Assembly (NCBI GenBank): GCA_964638585.1
Contig: CAZXAN010000003.1
Location: forward strand, 30,047-94,046
Reading direction: 5' to 3'
DNA from: an uncultured Candidatus Saccharibacteria bacterium
GTDB lineage: Bacteria; Patescibacteriota; Minisyncoccia; Phycocordibacterales; Phycocordibacteraceae
DNA length: 64,000 bases
The position numbers were made by a program, and so were the translations under genes. A model generated the notes under the pieces. That model was not told the DNA's origin. It did not search any database and saw nothing but the letters and a program-made list of their open reading frames with translations. Within the stretch, counting starts at the first letter, position 1, and each line of letters starts with the position of its first letter. Below, in pieces: positions 27,112 to 38,585 of this stretch.

Positions 27112-28623
27112 TTAGGGCTCCGGAGTTAGAAGAATAACGTCTCCGTTCACGAGACCGGAAAGGACGTGCGTTTGCCCAAGTGCCGGCGATATCCCTAGAG
27201 TAACAGTGCGACTATTCGTCTTATCACCGATGACGACAGACACATACGAGGTTCCGTTTTTATTACCAATAGCACCGCTCGGGATAACGACTGAATCTAA
27301 GAGCGTCCCCGTCGTGATAACAACATTCGCAGTCATACCGCTTCTTATTCGCGTGTCAGCGTTAAAAAAAGAAAGTGTAGTCTTGTACGCCGGAACGCCG
27401 TCTTTCATCGTCTCCGCCGGGTCAATAGCTATAACTTTTGATGAAAATTCTTCTGAAGATCCGTAGGCGTCAAGAGTTGTTGTAGCGCCATCCCCCACTT
27501 CAACTCCTGCGATCGCCACTTCCGGCACAAAGGTCTCAATCTGGAAGATTCCATCGCTCTGCATAGAGATTAACGATGCTGTCGGAGATACAATCTCGCC
27601 AACTTTTGCGTCCATGCGAGTTACGATTCCAGAAAACGGCGCCGTTACGTAGGTTTTAGCCAAAGCCGCTTTGGCATTATCTACATCTGCGCTGGCAGAT
27701 GCGACTGTTGCGGTTTGTGCAGATATAGCCTCTGGAGTGGATCCGGCCTTTTTCAGAGAAAGATTTTTTTTGGCTGATTCAAGTGCAGTCGTGGCATTAG
27801 TAAGAGTCGTAATCGCCGAATTAACGTTTGTACGCGCAGTCGCAAGAGTAGTCTGATGCGAGGAAATTGTTGAAGCAGAAGTATTATTGTCTGGGACGCC
27901 TTGATTCAAGGCTGCGTTGGAGTCGGACATAAGCTTCACGACCTGAGCCAGATATTTCTGCGCCTGAGTAGCCGAATCCGCCGACCCGTCATTTGTTAAT
28001 TTAGAAATAAGCAATGCAAATGAAACAAGCGCTGATTCAGAATCAACTCTGTCTTGTTCTGCCGCTGACTTCAATGCAGTATTGGAAACTATAAATGTAA
28101 GCTTTGGTTCGGTGCGAGGGTTGGTAAAAAACGCATCCACCTTATTATGAACAGCATCGTCGGAAGTCGTGTAAGCCGACTTAATAGCGTCAACGAGAGT
28201 CGATTCGGCGCTCGCGACAGAAGCGGCTGCAACTGCGATCTCTTCAGGTCGCGTTCCAACTTGTAACGAAGCCAGGTCTGCTTGTGCAGAGGCGAGTACT
28301 GCCCGCTTCTGCGCGAGCACCGCCACCAAATCTCCGTTTTCCGTTTGAGTGACAACCGTTCCAGCGACCATGCGTTGCCCAACACGTGCATAAACGCCTG
28401 ATATACGACCAGAAGCCGCGAAACCAAGATCAACATCTTTCGCGGCAATCACAGTACCAGAGACACTCACCTTTTGTGTGAAGTCGCCGGCCTGCACAAG
28501 TAGGGTCGCATTACTGCTAGCTCCGCCACTGAAGAAGAAATACCAGCCTAGAGCAAGGACAACAAGCACGGCGAGCGCATAGCGCCACCAAGTAAATACT
28601 AGGTTTTTTACGTTTGACATCAT
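27112..28623 (-). CDS. HlyD/MacA-family periplasmic adaptor (membrane-fusion protein) with a long coiled-coil
   Basis: N-terminal TM helix, biotinyl/lipoyl-like half domains and an extended Ala/Thr-rich coiled coil. Confidence 0.75.
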   Translation of the reverse strand: MMSNVKNLVFTWWRYALAVLVVLALGWYFFFSGGASSNATLLVQAGDFTQKVSVSGTVIAAKDVDLGFAASGRISGVYARVGQRMVAGTVVTQTENGDLVAVLAQKRAVLASAQADLASLQVGTRPEEIAVAAASVASAESTLVDAIKSAYTTSDDAVHNKVDAFFTNPRTEPKLTFIVSNTALKSAAEQDRVDSESALVSFALLISKLTNDGSADSATQAQKYLAQVVKLMSDSNAALNQGVPDNNTSASTISSHQTTLATARTNVNSAITTLTNATTALESAKKNLSLKKAGSTPEAISAQTATVASASADVDNAKAALAKTYVTAPFSGIVTRMDAKVGEIVSPTASLISMQSDGIFQIETFVPEVAIAGVEVGDGATTTLDAYGSSEEFSSKVIAIDPAETMKDGVPAYKTTLSFFNADTRIRSGMTANVVITTGTLLDSVVIPSGAIGNKNGTSYVSVVIGDKTNSRTVTLGISPALGQTHVLSGLVNGDVILLTPEP

Positions 28624-28650
28624 TAATTTTCACTCTACCACTCAGGTATA

Positions 28651-29301
28651 ATGAATGCCACTATGCGACGCTTTTATTTTATCCGCCACGGCGAAACACT
28701 TCTAAACGCCGAACACATCCGCCAAGGCGAAGACGGTGCACTTTCTGAAAAAGGACGCGAACAGGCAGAAAAGGTCGGTAACTATTTGAAGCTCTTCCCC
28801 ATTAGACGCATAATTACTAGCACATATCCACGTGCGCGTGAGACAGCAGAAATACTAAATAAAAATTTGAAAGCACATGTCTTGTCTTCTGCACTTCTCG
28901 CAGAGCGTAAGAACCCTAGTGAAATTATTGGTAAGCACACAGACGATCCTGAAGTTGTAAAAATTGTTGACCAGATGGACCTAGGCTATCACGAAGACGA
29001 GTTTCGGTTTTCAGACGAAGAAAACTTCGTGGATCTGAAAAAGCGCGCGAGAAAATGCCTTAATCTACTTGCGAGCCAGGGTGCGAGAGAAACAGTCGTT
29101 GTGACTCATCATGTTTTCTTAAAAATGCTTATCGCATATATGCTACACCGCGAACACCTTCACGCCTCCGACTTCGTGAAGCTTTCGTTCTTTAACTATT
29201 CAGACAATGCAGGCATCACCATCTGCGAATATAATCCGTGGCGCATGTTCTCCCACACCCGTGGCTGGCGCGTGATCTCCTATAACGAACAACCATCATG
29301 A
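28651..29301 (+). CDS. Histidine phosphatase family protein (phosphoglycerate-mutase-like)
   Basis: RHGET catalytic motif at the N-terminus. Confidence 0.8.
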   Translation: MNATMRRFYFIRHGETLLNAEHIRQGEDGALSEKGREQAEKVGNYLKLFPIRRIITSTYPRARETAEILNKNLKAHVLSSALLAERKNPSEIIGKHTDDPEVVKIVDQMDLGYHEDEFRFSDEENFVDLKKRARKCLNLLASQGARETVVVTHHVFLKMLIAYMLHREHLHASDFVKLSFFNYSDNAGITICEYNPWRMFSHTRGWRVISYNEQPS

Positions 29302-29468
29302 TGGATTTCGTAAATCCATCACATTCCTAGGTTTACCTTATTGTTCACTATAGACGATTCTAAGGTAAAGTGAAAAAATTGACATTCTAGTGAGAAAGAG
29401 GAATATGACGAATGGAAGTGAGCGCGCCTGCATCTGGATTTTTCCATTAACGAATGAAAGGTTCTGTC

Positions 29469-29612
29469 ATGAAAACAAATGCTCGCAATCTGAAAGAGGA
29501 CGACCTTCGCACAACACTCCAAGCAGGAGTGAGGAAACTGAAAAAGCACGGTAAGAAAGTTATCGCAGTCTTGGTTGGCAAAAAGCATTCTTCTGCCAGG
29601 AAGAAGAACTAA
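29469..29612 (+). CDS. Small basic protein (47 aa; MKTNARNLKEDDLRTTLQAGVRKLKKHGKKVIAVLVGKKHSSARKKN)
   Basis: Below the ORF-track size cutoff. A GAAAGG lies 8 nt upstream of the ATG, a TTGACA-like box lies upstream, and a strong terminator follows immediately. Confidence 0.45.
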   Translation: MKTNARNLKEDDLRTTLQAGVRKLKKHGKKVIAVLVGKKHSSARKKN

Positions 29613-29633
29613 TCAGTAGTACCGAAAGCAAAA

Positions 29634-29662
29634 AGCCGGGCAATGCCCGGCTTTTTTATTTT
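29634..29662. terminator. Intrinsic terminator AGCCGGGCA-ATG-CCCGGCT plus a T-run (bidirectional, also follows groEL)
   Basis: Perfect 8-bp GC stem followed by TTTTTTATTTT. Confidence 0.8.
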
Positions 29663-29666
29663 ACTA

Positions 29667-29688
29667 AAGCCTAACGCCTAGAGCCTAG
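29667..29688. repeat. CTAG-heptamer repeat (AAAGCCTAACGCCTAGAGCCTAG) abutting the groEL stop
   Basis: Same heptamer family, in inverted orientation relative to the copy at 31330-31363. Confidence 0.7.
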
Positions 29689-29689
29689 T

Positions 29690-31363
<1,674 letters not shown>

Positions 31364-31669
31364 TTATTTAATAATGCCGAGAATGTTTGATTCTGAAAGA
31401 ATGTAGTACTCCTGGCTGTCTATTTTTACTTCGTCGTAGCCGTATTTACTGAATAAAACAGTATCTCCGACTTTGACCTGCATCGGGACGCGTTTACCGT
31501 CTTCATATTTACCTGGACCAACAGCGATAACTTCGCCCTTCGCTGGCTTCTCCTTATCTACCGTCTCTGGAATAATAATGCCAGACGCGAGCTTCTTCTC
31601 GCCCTCTTTTTCGGAAGGTAATACAACTATCCTGTCGCCCAAAGGCACTAGTGAAAGTTTCTTTGCCAT
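31364..31669 (-). CDS. groES: Co-chaperonin GroES (Cpn10)
   Basis: LVPLGDRIVV... ; 101 aa. Confidence 0.95.
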   Translation of the reverse strand: MAKKLSLVPLGDRIVVLPSEKEGEKKLASGIIIPETVDKEKPAKGEVIAVGPGKYEDGKRVPMQVKVGDTVLFSKYGYDEVKIDSQEYYILSESNILGIIK

Positions 31670-31758
31670 ATCTATTTATATAAATGAATAATCGCCCCTT
31701 CTCCCACGTTGGAGGAGTATAAGGAAAATATCTTTGATATGCAACTTTTTTACAACAA

Positions 31759-33729
31759 TTAGAACTCTTGGAAGATTTGCGATACGTTCACTGTCGCCGA
31801 TCTTGTAATAGTATTGTCACCAACAGTCGTACAGGTAATGGTGTAGGTTGATCGTGCAGAGATGGCAGGAGCGATTGGAGAGCCGGTTGAAAAGGTGTTG
31901 CTAGCACTTGCGTTCCCGCTCGCGAGGATACCAGAGGGGCCAGAGACCGTACAAGACTTAACTCCTGTGGCGCTCCAAGTGATGGTGGAGGGGGTGCCTG
32001 TGCGTACGCGAGATGGGTTAGCGCTTATGGTTGCATCTGGAGCTAGGACCTGTACAGAGGCAGACGCTACTTGAGATCTACCTCCTGGCCCATCGCACCA
32101 AAATACATAGGTCTTTGTACCTGCTGTACTTAGTACACCAGTAGAGGTGTTGCCAGTGCTGTTTGTGCCGGTGAATCCGGTCGCCGTACAGCTAGTAACG
32201 CTACCTGAGACTGTCCATCTTATTGTTGTTGACTGTCCTGTCTCAATTTGAGATTTGTCGACTGATAGCGTGGCGGTGGGGGCGCAGGCTTGAATGCTGC
32301 AGGCTTGGCTTGTCGCCCCTGAACAAGCGGATCCGCCATTGAGAGGTGCCGGGTTTGTACAGGTCCTTGTCTGTGTACCGCCACCACAACTTACAGAACA
32401 AGCTGACCACGCTGACCAGCCGCCATTTATGCTGCATGTAGGTGGGTTGGTGGCGCCGTTCGTGCATGGATTGAAAGTAGTGCAGGTCGGTGGATTGTTG
32501 GCGCCGTTTGAACATGTCGCGTTTGAAACCACAATATTGGTCCACGCGCCACAGTTGTTATTCTCGTTTGATTCTACGATAACACCGTTTGGTTGTGGCG
32601 GGAGATCGGCACAAACGCGGACAGAATAGGAACCATTTGATGGGAATGTGTATGACTTGCTAAATGTGCCACTACTGCCAGCGGCTAGAGTCGTCATGTT
32701 AACTGAAGATGTGTCTGTGATGTTTCCTGTAGGATTACCGTTCGGTTTATCATTCACTTGCATGAAATTGTTGAAAGACGCACCTGTACTGCCTGTACCG
32801 ATATTGCTTATAGTCGCGCTAAGAGTGGTAGCGACACCTGCTGTTGCAGTTGTTGGAGTAACTGCGCCTGCTGTGAGGTCTGGTGGTCCGAGGACGGAGA
32901 AGTAGACTCTCGCCGGACTAGCAGGAGCCATCATCTGGAAGTTCCAACACTCGGCTTCTGCGTAATACCCTGACCTGGGCGTCATACCACCAGCTGGAAA
33001 TCCGTTATTTGCCTGATTCACGACTGTTATGTTAGCACCGCCCGTAATATCCCGTACCCACCGAGGACTGCTCTGGTCGTATGTGCCGGGAGGCAGAGCG
33101 CCGCCCGTCCGACTCATGACGCCCGGAGTGTTATATGGGCCGTAATAGAATGTTCCAAAACGTATCGGCTGCATCCAGCTTCCGGTATTTTCATACGTAA
33201 ACCAGCCGGGGCCTTGTAGGAGTTTGGTCGTTCCTATAGTAGTGGGAACTGTCCAGGTCAGAGGAGGATTGTACGGTGCACAGGTCCGTACACCTGTATA
33301 CATATCGTAAGTACAATTGTTATAGTCGTAGTACCGAGTATAGGTGACAGTAGTGGGGGTTGGGTCGTATACAGTAACCTGACAGCCGTGGACCGAATTT
33401 GTTGAAGCAAGATAGAAGGTAGCATTTTCTCCATACGGCACAGGATTTTTCTCCATACTCAGTATTATTGTCCCAGAACCGTTGTATTGAAATCCTCCAC
33501 AGCCTTCCGCTGTGACCTCTTCACAATAACCATAGGGCGGAGCGCCATGACACTGTAAATATGTGCATGCAGAAACTGCATAATTGCAAACTCCCGATCC
33601 GTCATTTTCGCAACATACACTGCCATCTGGGTTACATGTTTGAGATGCGTTCGCCACATCTGCATATCCAATAAATGAAAAACCAGCTATGACAATAGCT
33701 ATCGAGAAATATGACAGTGCGGTTTTCAT
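31759..33729 (-). CDS. Secreted Cys-rich protein with a thrombospondin type-1 (TSP1)-like repeat and two C-terminal Ig-like repeats
   Basis: Signal peptide present. The segment [35 protein letters not shown] matches the TSP1 WSxWSxCSxxCGxGxxxRxRxC pattern. It is followed by two ~80-aa repeats containing TI(R/T)W(T/S)..G..SCT. Confidence 0.65.
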   Translation of the reverse strand: MKTALSYFSIAIVIAGFSFIGYADVANASQTCNPDGSVCCENDGSGVCNYAVSACTYLQCHGAPPYGYCEEVTAEGCGGFQYNGSGTIILSMEKNPVPYGENATFYLASTNSVHGCQVTVYDPTPTTVTYTRYYDYNNCTYDMYTGVRTCAPYNPPLTWTVPTTIGTTKLLQGPGWFTYENTGSWMQPIRFGTFYYGPYNTPGVMSRTGGALPPGTYDQSSPRWVRDITGGANITVVNQANNGFPAGGMTPRSGYYAEAECWNFQMMAPASPARVYFSVLGPPDLTAGAVTPTTATAGVATTLSATISNIGTGSTGASFNNFMQVNDKPNGNPTGNITDTSSVNMTTLAAGSSGTFSKSYTFPSNGSYSVRVCADLPPQPNGVIVESNENNNCGAWTNIVVSNATCSNGANNPPTCTTFNPCTNGATNPPTCSINGGWSAWSACSVSCGGGTQTRTCTNPAPLNGGSACSGATSQACSIQACAPTATLSVDKSQIETGQSTTIRWTVSGSVTSCTATGFTGTNSTGNTSTGVLSTAGTKTYVFWCDGPGGRSQVASASVQVLAPDATISANPSRVRTGTPSTITWSATGVKSCTVSGPSGILASGNASASNTFSTGSPIAPAISARSTYTITCTTVGDNTITRSATVNVSQIFQEF

Positions 33730-34544
33730 ATACGAGTATTAGTAATAATGATCGCCTGTGCCAGAGGTTTTTGTTCTATTAACGATTTGACGGATATCAT
33801 GATGAACACTGGCATATCGGCTTTTACGTCAGACAGTGTGGCAGGTGTTCTGGCGTGAAGTATCTTCGCTCTCTGTGTCGAGTCAACGCTATATACGGGG
33901 ATATTATCTATTAAAGATACGCTTTTTGTCGTAGTGCTCACACCACCAGTCGGTATGTATGTTTTATATTCAAGCACCTTGTTCGTCACGTCTAGTCTAA
34001 CAACTTGAACACTAATATATATATTTTCTGCATTTAACGATAATTGGATTTGTTCTTTATTATATTCAGAAAACTTCTGTGTCGCATTGAAATCAATAGC
34101 CACTACCCCGCTCGACACACCGTCTATAATCGGAGCGAATGTCGCCATGAGATTAGTACCAGCTTTCACATCCGCAATATTCACTTCTCTGGACTTCATA
34201 TCTTTTTCCACCCCTTTGTCATCGGTAAGCGAGAGAGTCTCGGTAATGACAGTATCGGGTTTTATCTTGAGAGTGGTTTGTTTGGATGATGTGGCAATAG
34301 TTATCTCCAATTTATCTTGGTCCACACTCACAACCGTACCTTCAAGTGTCGGCAGATCAACAATGGTATTGGTCGCAGGAGACGTAGTGACAGATGATTT
34401 TTTCATCTGCGGTATATATACCAATGCAAAAGCAATAACGAGAATTAAGACCCCTACCCCAAATGCTATTTTCATTTCGTCGGTAACTGTCACAATGGTT
34501 CTAGTATACGTCATGAGTCTCCAGTCAACGCGCCCTATCCACAC
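33726..34544 (-). CDS. Hypothetical membrane-anchored protein
   Basis: TM helix near the N-terminus and no recognised domain. The true start is probably internal (MTYT.. or MKIAF..). Confidence 0.4.
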   Translation of the reverse strand: MWIGRVDWRLMTYTRTIVTVTDEMKIAFGVGVLILVIAFALVYIPQMKKSSVTTSPATNTIVDLPTLEGTVVSVDQDKLEITIATSSKQTTLKIKPDTVITETLSLTDDKGVEKDMKSREVNIADVKAGTNLMATFAPIIDGVSSGVVAIDFNATQKFSEYNKEQIQLSLNAENIYISVQVVRLDVTNKVLEYKTYIPTGGVSTTTKSVSLIDNIPVYSVDSTQRAKILHARTPATLSDVKADMPVFIMISVKSLIEQKPLAQAIIITNTRI

Positions 34545-34556
34545 GAGTGTTAATAA

Positions 34557-34826
34557 CTATTCAAATAGATCTGCGTGTGTGCCAGTGCGAACAAGTAGGA
34601 CTTCTTCGTCGGTAATATCGTAAATCAGAAGCCAGTCAGATTCTATATGGCACTCCCAGAGCCCTACGTATTCGCCAGAGAGTTTGTGCGGACGCGCGTT
34701 TTCGAGAAGCTGTTCCTCTTTTTCGAATAATCTTAAAAGTGTTACTAGCTTCTGAAGACTCCAGTTACGTTTCTGGATTCGTTTCAAATCTCTTTTATAC
34801 CGTGCTGTCGGGAGAAGAATTTTCAT
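34557..34826 (-). CDS. yafQ: Type II toxin YafQ (RelE/ParE superfamily mRNA interferase)
   Basis: 89 aa ending ...DEEVLLVRTGTHADLFE, as in YafQ. Paired with an upstream DinJ-like gene. Confidence 0.75.
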   Translation of the reverse strand: MKILLPTARYKRDLKRIQKRNWSLQKLVTLLRLFEKEEQLLENARPHKLSGEYVGLWECHIESDWLLIYDITDEEVLLVRTGTHADLFE

Positions 34827-34832
34827 TTCCTA

Positions 34833-35141
34833 CTATTTTGCACGCCAATTCTTTCCGAGGATAGCGGTAAACATTCCCTCTGTCGTCGCGTAACTTTTTA
34901 ACTTGTCTCGCTTAGCTGGGTTCCTGAGTTCCTCTATTGCTTTTCGGGTTTCTGCGTTTGGGGTATGACTTGGATAGGGACAGTCTGCTTCGAGAACGAG
35001 TCTCCGGTCACGCACGAATTGTTTTAACATCGAATTCATCACTGTCGTCAGAGGCACTCCAATTTCTTGAGCTGTCTGTTTCGCATCGTCGCGAAGCTTT
35101 TTGGGCGTTTTTACCGTAAGAGTCGTATTCATACTCATCAT
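34833..35141 (-). CDS. dinJ: Antitoxin DinJ (RelB/DinJ family)
   Basis: A ribbon-helix-helix-like N-terminus (TLTVKTPKKLRDDAKQTAQEIGVPLTTVMNSMLKQ), located 6 nt upstream of yafQ. The exact start is uncertain (M at 35141 or 35132). Confidence 0.65.
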   Translation of the reverse strand: MMSMNTTLTVKTPKKLRDDAKQTAQEIGVPLTTVMNSMLKQFVRDRRLVLEADCPYPSHTPNAETRKAIEELRNPAKRDKLKSYATTEGMFTAILGKNWRAK

Positions 35142-35230
35142 ACTACTTTTAGTACGATTTATTGTCAAACGGTAAAGTTATTCCCATGTCTCCGGTGCCC
35201 TAACTCTTGAAATGTTACAATTGTAGTTAT

Positions 35231-38200
35231 ATGAACAAATATCTTATTGGCACCGCCTTTCTGCTCGCCGCTCTTTCTCCATCTCTTGCTGTAGCACAAG
35301 CGGTCACCCCAACCGTAATAACTGACATTACCTATAACGGGAACCTAAAACTTGACCTGTATCGTCCAGGAATCGCGAATGCTCCAGTCGTGGTCTATAT
35401 ACACGGAGGGACGTGGGCTGGTGGTGATAAGGGTCCAGCGAGTAGCGTTATAAACGATGCCAGTGTCATTCCAAGAGCCCTGTCCAACAAAGGACTTAAT
35501 GCAATTTCAATAAATTACACGTACGTTCCACAGGGTTCTTACCCGAAACAGCTACAAGATGTAGATTGTGCCCTCCGATGGATTGCGTCCAACGCTGTAA
35601 GCTATGGATTTAATTTAAACAAAATATATCTCGGCGGTGCCTCTGCGGGCGGGCACATGGCACTGCTATATAGTCTAAATCAGGCGGCTTATCGTGACCC
35701 AACATGCCCATATAACGTAGTGTCTCCATCTGTAAAAAAAGTTTTCTCATTTGCAGGACCAACTGATCTCACTAACATCCCTCAGACGGTAACCATTCCC
35801 GATGGCACTGTTATACAAATTAAGCAGGGCGTAGATCGCTTCTTAAATGGTACGTCTGCTTCAGTAGCAAGCCCCATCACATACGCAAATAGATCAAACG
35901 GCGTTCAATATTTGTTGATAAACACTAGGGACGATGATGCAGTAATCTTCGCTGACCAAGCCACTCCTTTTTACAATAAACTTCTCCAATGGAATCCTGG
36001 CAACGTGCAAAATAAATGGTACGACACACTCGGTGGCGGACATGGCACGCTTGGCCCGGTCAGATACGTGTGGGACAGTACTGCGCCAGAATATCCTGAT
36101 TATTTTAACACTATCTCATCTTTCGTATTGATGAGTAGTGTAGCACCGCCACCCTCTAGATCTTTCTCAAACGTGAGAGTGTATGTAGCCAGCACAAAAG
36201 ATGAAAACGCAAATTGGGTGCAGAATGGTTCGGTGCGATTTGATCAACATCTATACGTCAAGGCGACGGGTCTTGACTCTTCACGGCCACCAAAAATCTG
36301 CTCTGATAAAGTAACCGCCAGTGGCTGTAACAAATACTCAGGCTTACACTACCGAGACTACATAGACAGCGAGTGGGTTGACTCAACAACCGCAATAACT
36401 CACGTCGCCCCATATCAATTCCCTGCTGGTACCTACAATGCCTTTGGATATTACCCAGAAACTGGGGTGAAAAAGGTTGGAACGTTTACTATAACTCGTG
36501 TGCCATCTGCAACAGTGGCTCCCACACAAGTAAAATCAACCACTCCGTCTAGCCCCAGCCAATCTCCACAAACAATGCCGTCATATCAGACTGTATCTAC
36601 TGGTCCCGCTCCTAAAATCACACTTTCTTATCCTTCTGTAGTAACTCAAGGAGAGTCAACAACGATAACAGGATACGGTTCTAACCTCCTGCAGGGTCTA
36701 ATGATATTCTTCACAGGCTCTGCAACAGGCTCGCTTTCTCCTTCTTTTGTATCTTCAACAAAATACCAATTTAATTCTGGCACCTTCACTCCTGGTAGCT
36801 ACTCTTTCTACGTGCAAAATCCTAATGGTAAGAAGTCTGGCAGTCTGTCACTCACAGTCAATGCTCCTCTTGTTGTGACTGGAGGTGGCGGTGGTGGTGG
36901 AGGGAGTGGTGGCGCCATCCCTCCCGGACCTTCATGTGGCGGAGCGATAGTGACTACTGGGAGTGGTACTGGCGGAACCACTAATACATGTATTTGGAGC
37001 TACAGCGGTTTCAGTCCCGCACCTCCTGCGCCATCTGCTTCTTCGTGTACACAGAGTAATATTGGGGCAACGACGGGAGACTCGCGTGGCACATATACCT
37101 GCGCCTGCGCGTCGCAGAGTACAACTTCTGTGAACGGCACCTGTGGCACTTCTGCTTGCCAGTCATTCTCTTCTGCTCCAACTGCAGGGCTATGCAGTAC
37201 CGGCACAGCTTCAACCGCCACTGGTTCTGGTCCATTCACATGGACGTGCTCTGGCAGTAACGGAGGCAGTACTGTGAGATGCTCTGCCGGTCTCGGTTCT
37301 GGAGGAGGTGGCGGCGGAGGTGGTGGTGGAGGTGGGTCTCCTGCGACTTGCAACACTGCTGCGGGAGAAGTCTTCGGACCAAACGACTACATCAATCCAA
37401 TGGGATCCGGCACTCTCTACCCGAGAGAGGGACAATTGCAGGCGACTGGTAATCTCGGCATTGCCATTATGTTTACTGCTGACTCACGCGCCATATCAGA
37501 TGTTATGAGAATGGGTATACACGACGAAGGAAGTCATGGGGCCAAAGAGGTAGTCATTAGCAAGTGCCCGCACAACTTCGAACCCGCTGGAGGCAATGCT
37601 GCGTGTCGTATAGATAAATCGTATGATTATGATGCTCGCTTTGATCTAAGGTTCGGTCAGCAAATAAATAGATACGAATGTGCTATACCAGCGGGCGAGA
37701 CGTATTACATGAATTTCCGAGATGCCACTACACCGCGCGGTACGGTAGCAGCATATGTTCTTAATTACTCTGGAGTGTCTAACGGCCAGACTGTTAACGG
37801 CTCGTGCGGCTCCTCAAACGGCAAATCATTCAGCGTTGCGCCGACAAACGGCCTTTGTACAAATGGAACGCCGTCCAGGATATCAACAGGCTCTAACTTC
37901 ACTTGGACATGCGCTAGCTTAAACGGTGGTACTACTGCGAGCTGTTCGGCGAACAAAGGAACTGCAGGTGGTGGAGGCGGAGCTGTTAGTTGCAACGTTT
38001 CTGCAGGAGAGACATTTGGACCGAATGACATTACTAATCCGATGACTATCGGGTATCTTTGGCCGACTAGTTTGGCGAACATTAGTGGTCCACTCGGAAC
38101 TGCTGTCAAATTTGTAGCAGATGCCACAACATTCCCGAGCGGTCTTGAAATGCAAGTGTTTGACGAGGGTGGACATCCTACAAAAGAAGCTGTGATTAGC

Positions 38201-38407
38201 GCCTGCCCTCACAACTTCACTCCAATCAACAATAGTATTTATTGTCGCAATGCGCATATATCGCTTCACTCTAGTTTTAGACTCAGCTTCGGACAGCCTA
38301 AGACAGCGTACGATTGCAACTTGCAACCAAATCAAACATATTATTTGAACGTCCGCGCCTCTGATCTCGGTTCAACAGCAACGCAGTTCTATAACTTTAC
38401 TCGCTGA
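35231..38407 (+). CDS. Large secreted protein: N-terminal alpha/beta-hydrolase (esterase/lipase, GXSXG=GASAGG) fused to Gly-linkers and repeated Cys-rich C-terminal domains
   Basis: Signal peptide present. Esterase motifs VVVYIHGGTWAGGD and LGGASAGGHMAL. Two Cys-rich C-terminal repeats, G10-13 linkers, and a domain shared with the 878-aa protein. Confidence 0.7.
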   Translation: MNKYLIGTAFLLAALSPSLAVAQAVTPTVITDITYNGNLKLDLYRPGIANAPVVVYIHGGTWAGGDKGPASSVINDASVIPRALSNKGLNAISINYTYVPQGSYPKQLQDVDCALRWIASNAVSYGFNLNKIYLGGASAGGHMALLYSLNQAAYRDPTCPYNVVSPSVKKVFSFAGPTDLTNIPQTVTIPDGTVIQIKQGVDRFLNGTSASVASPITYANRSNGVQYLLINTRDDDAVIFADQATPFYNKLLQWNPGNVQNKWYDTLGGGHGTLGPVRYVWDSTAPEYPDYFNTISSFVLMSSVAPPPSRSFSNVRVYVASTKDENANWVQNGSVRFDQHLYVKATGLDSSRPPKICSDKVTASGCNKYSGLHYRDYIDSEWVDSTTAITHVAPYQFPAGTYNAFGYYPETGVKKVGTFTITRVPSATVAPTQVKSTTPSSPSQSPQTMPSYQTVSTGPAPKITLSYPSVVTQGESTTITGYGSNLLQGLMIFFTGSATGSLSPSFVSSTKYQFNSGTFTPGSYSFYVQNPNGKKSGSLSLTVNAPLVVTGGGGGGGGSGGAIPPGPSCGGAIVTTGSGTGGTTNTCIWSYSGFSPAPPAPSASSCTQSNIGATTGDSRGTYTCACASQSTTSVNGTCGTSACQSFSSAPTAGLCSTGTASTATGSGPFTWTCSGSNGGSTVRCSAGLGSGGGGGGGGGGGGSPATCNTAAGEVFGPNDYINPMGSGTLYPREGQLQATGNLGIAIMFTADSRAISDVMRMGIHDEGSHGAKEVVISKCPHNFEPAGGNAACRIDKSYDYDARFDLRFGQQINRYECAIPAGETYYMNFRDATTPRGTVAAYVLNYSGVSNGQTVNGSCGSSNGKSFSVAPTNGLCTNGTPSRISTGSNFTWTCASLNGGTTASCSANKGTAGGGGGAVSCNVSAGETFGPNDITNPMTIGYLWPTSLANISGPLGTAVKFVADATTFPSGLEMQVFDEGGHPTKEAVISACPHNFTPINNSIYCRNAHISLHSSFRLSFGQPKTAYDCNLQPNQTYYLNVRASDLGSTATQFYNFTR

Positions 38408-38477
38408 AGCCTCGGTGCTAAAAATTCTGGCGATGCGACCATTGTTTTTAAAATAAATTCTAACTCTTTGTCAAGAC

Positions 38478-38505
38478 TTGACGGAATATGGCACAAGAGT
38501 AGGGT
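38478..38505 (+). promoter_or_regulatory. Promoter-like TTGACG-N16-TAGGGTGC upstream of small secreted protein 1
   Basis: The TAGGGTGC box recurs at 39189-39196 upstream of secreted protein 2. Confidence 0.4.
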
Positions 38506-38585
38506 GCTGTCAGGAAGAAGTTGTAAAAGTTGCTAAGTGGATTCCCCACTTGGCGCCCTGTTTGACAAACCAAAGGAGCAGTAAA

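Noticed and set aside
29298-29325. Hairpin TGATGGATTT-CGTA-AATCCATCA right after the histidine phosphatase stop.
   Set aside because: A perfect 10-bp stem but with no following U-run, so it is not called as an intrinsic terminator. It could be a protein-binding palindrome but there is no further support.
31670-31760. Search for a CIRCE/HrcA operator (TTAGCACTC-N9-GAGTGCTAA) upstream of groES.
   Set aside because: No CIRCE-like inverted repeat is present in the 90-nt upstream region. A heat-shock regulatory site cannot be called from the sequence.
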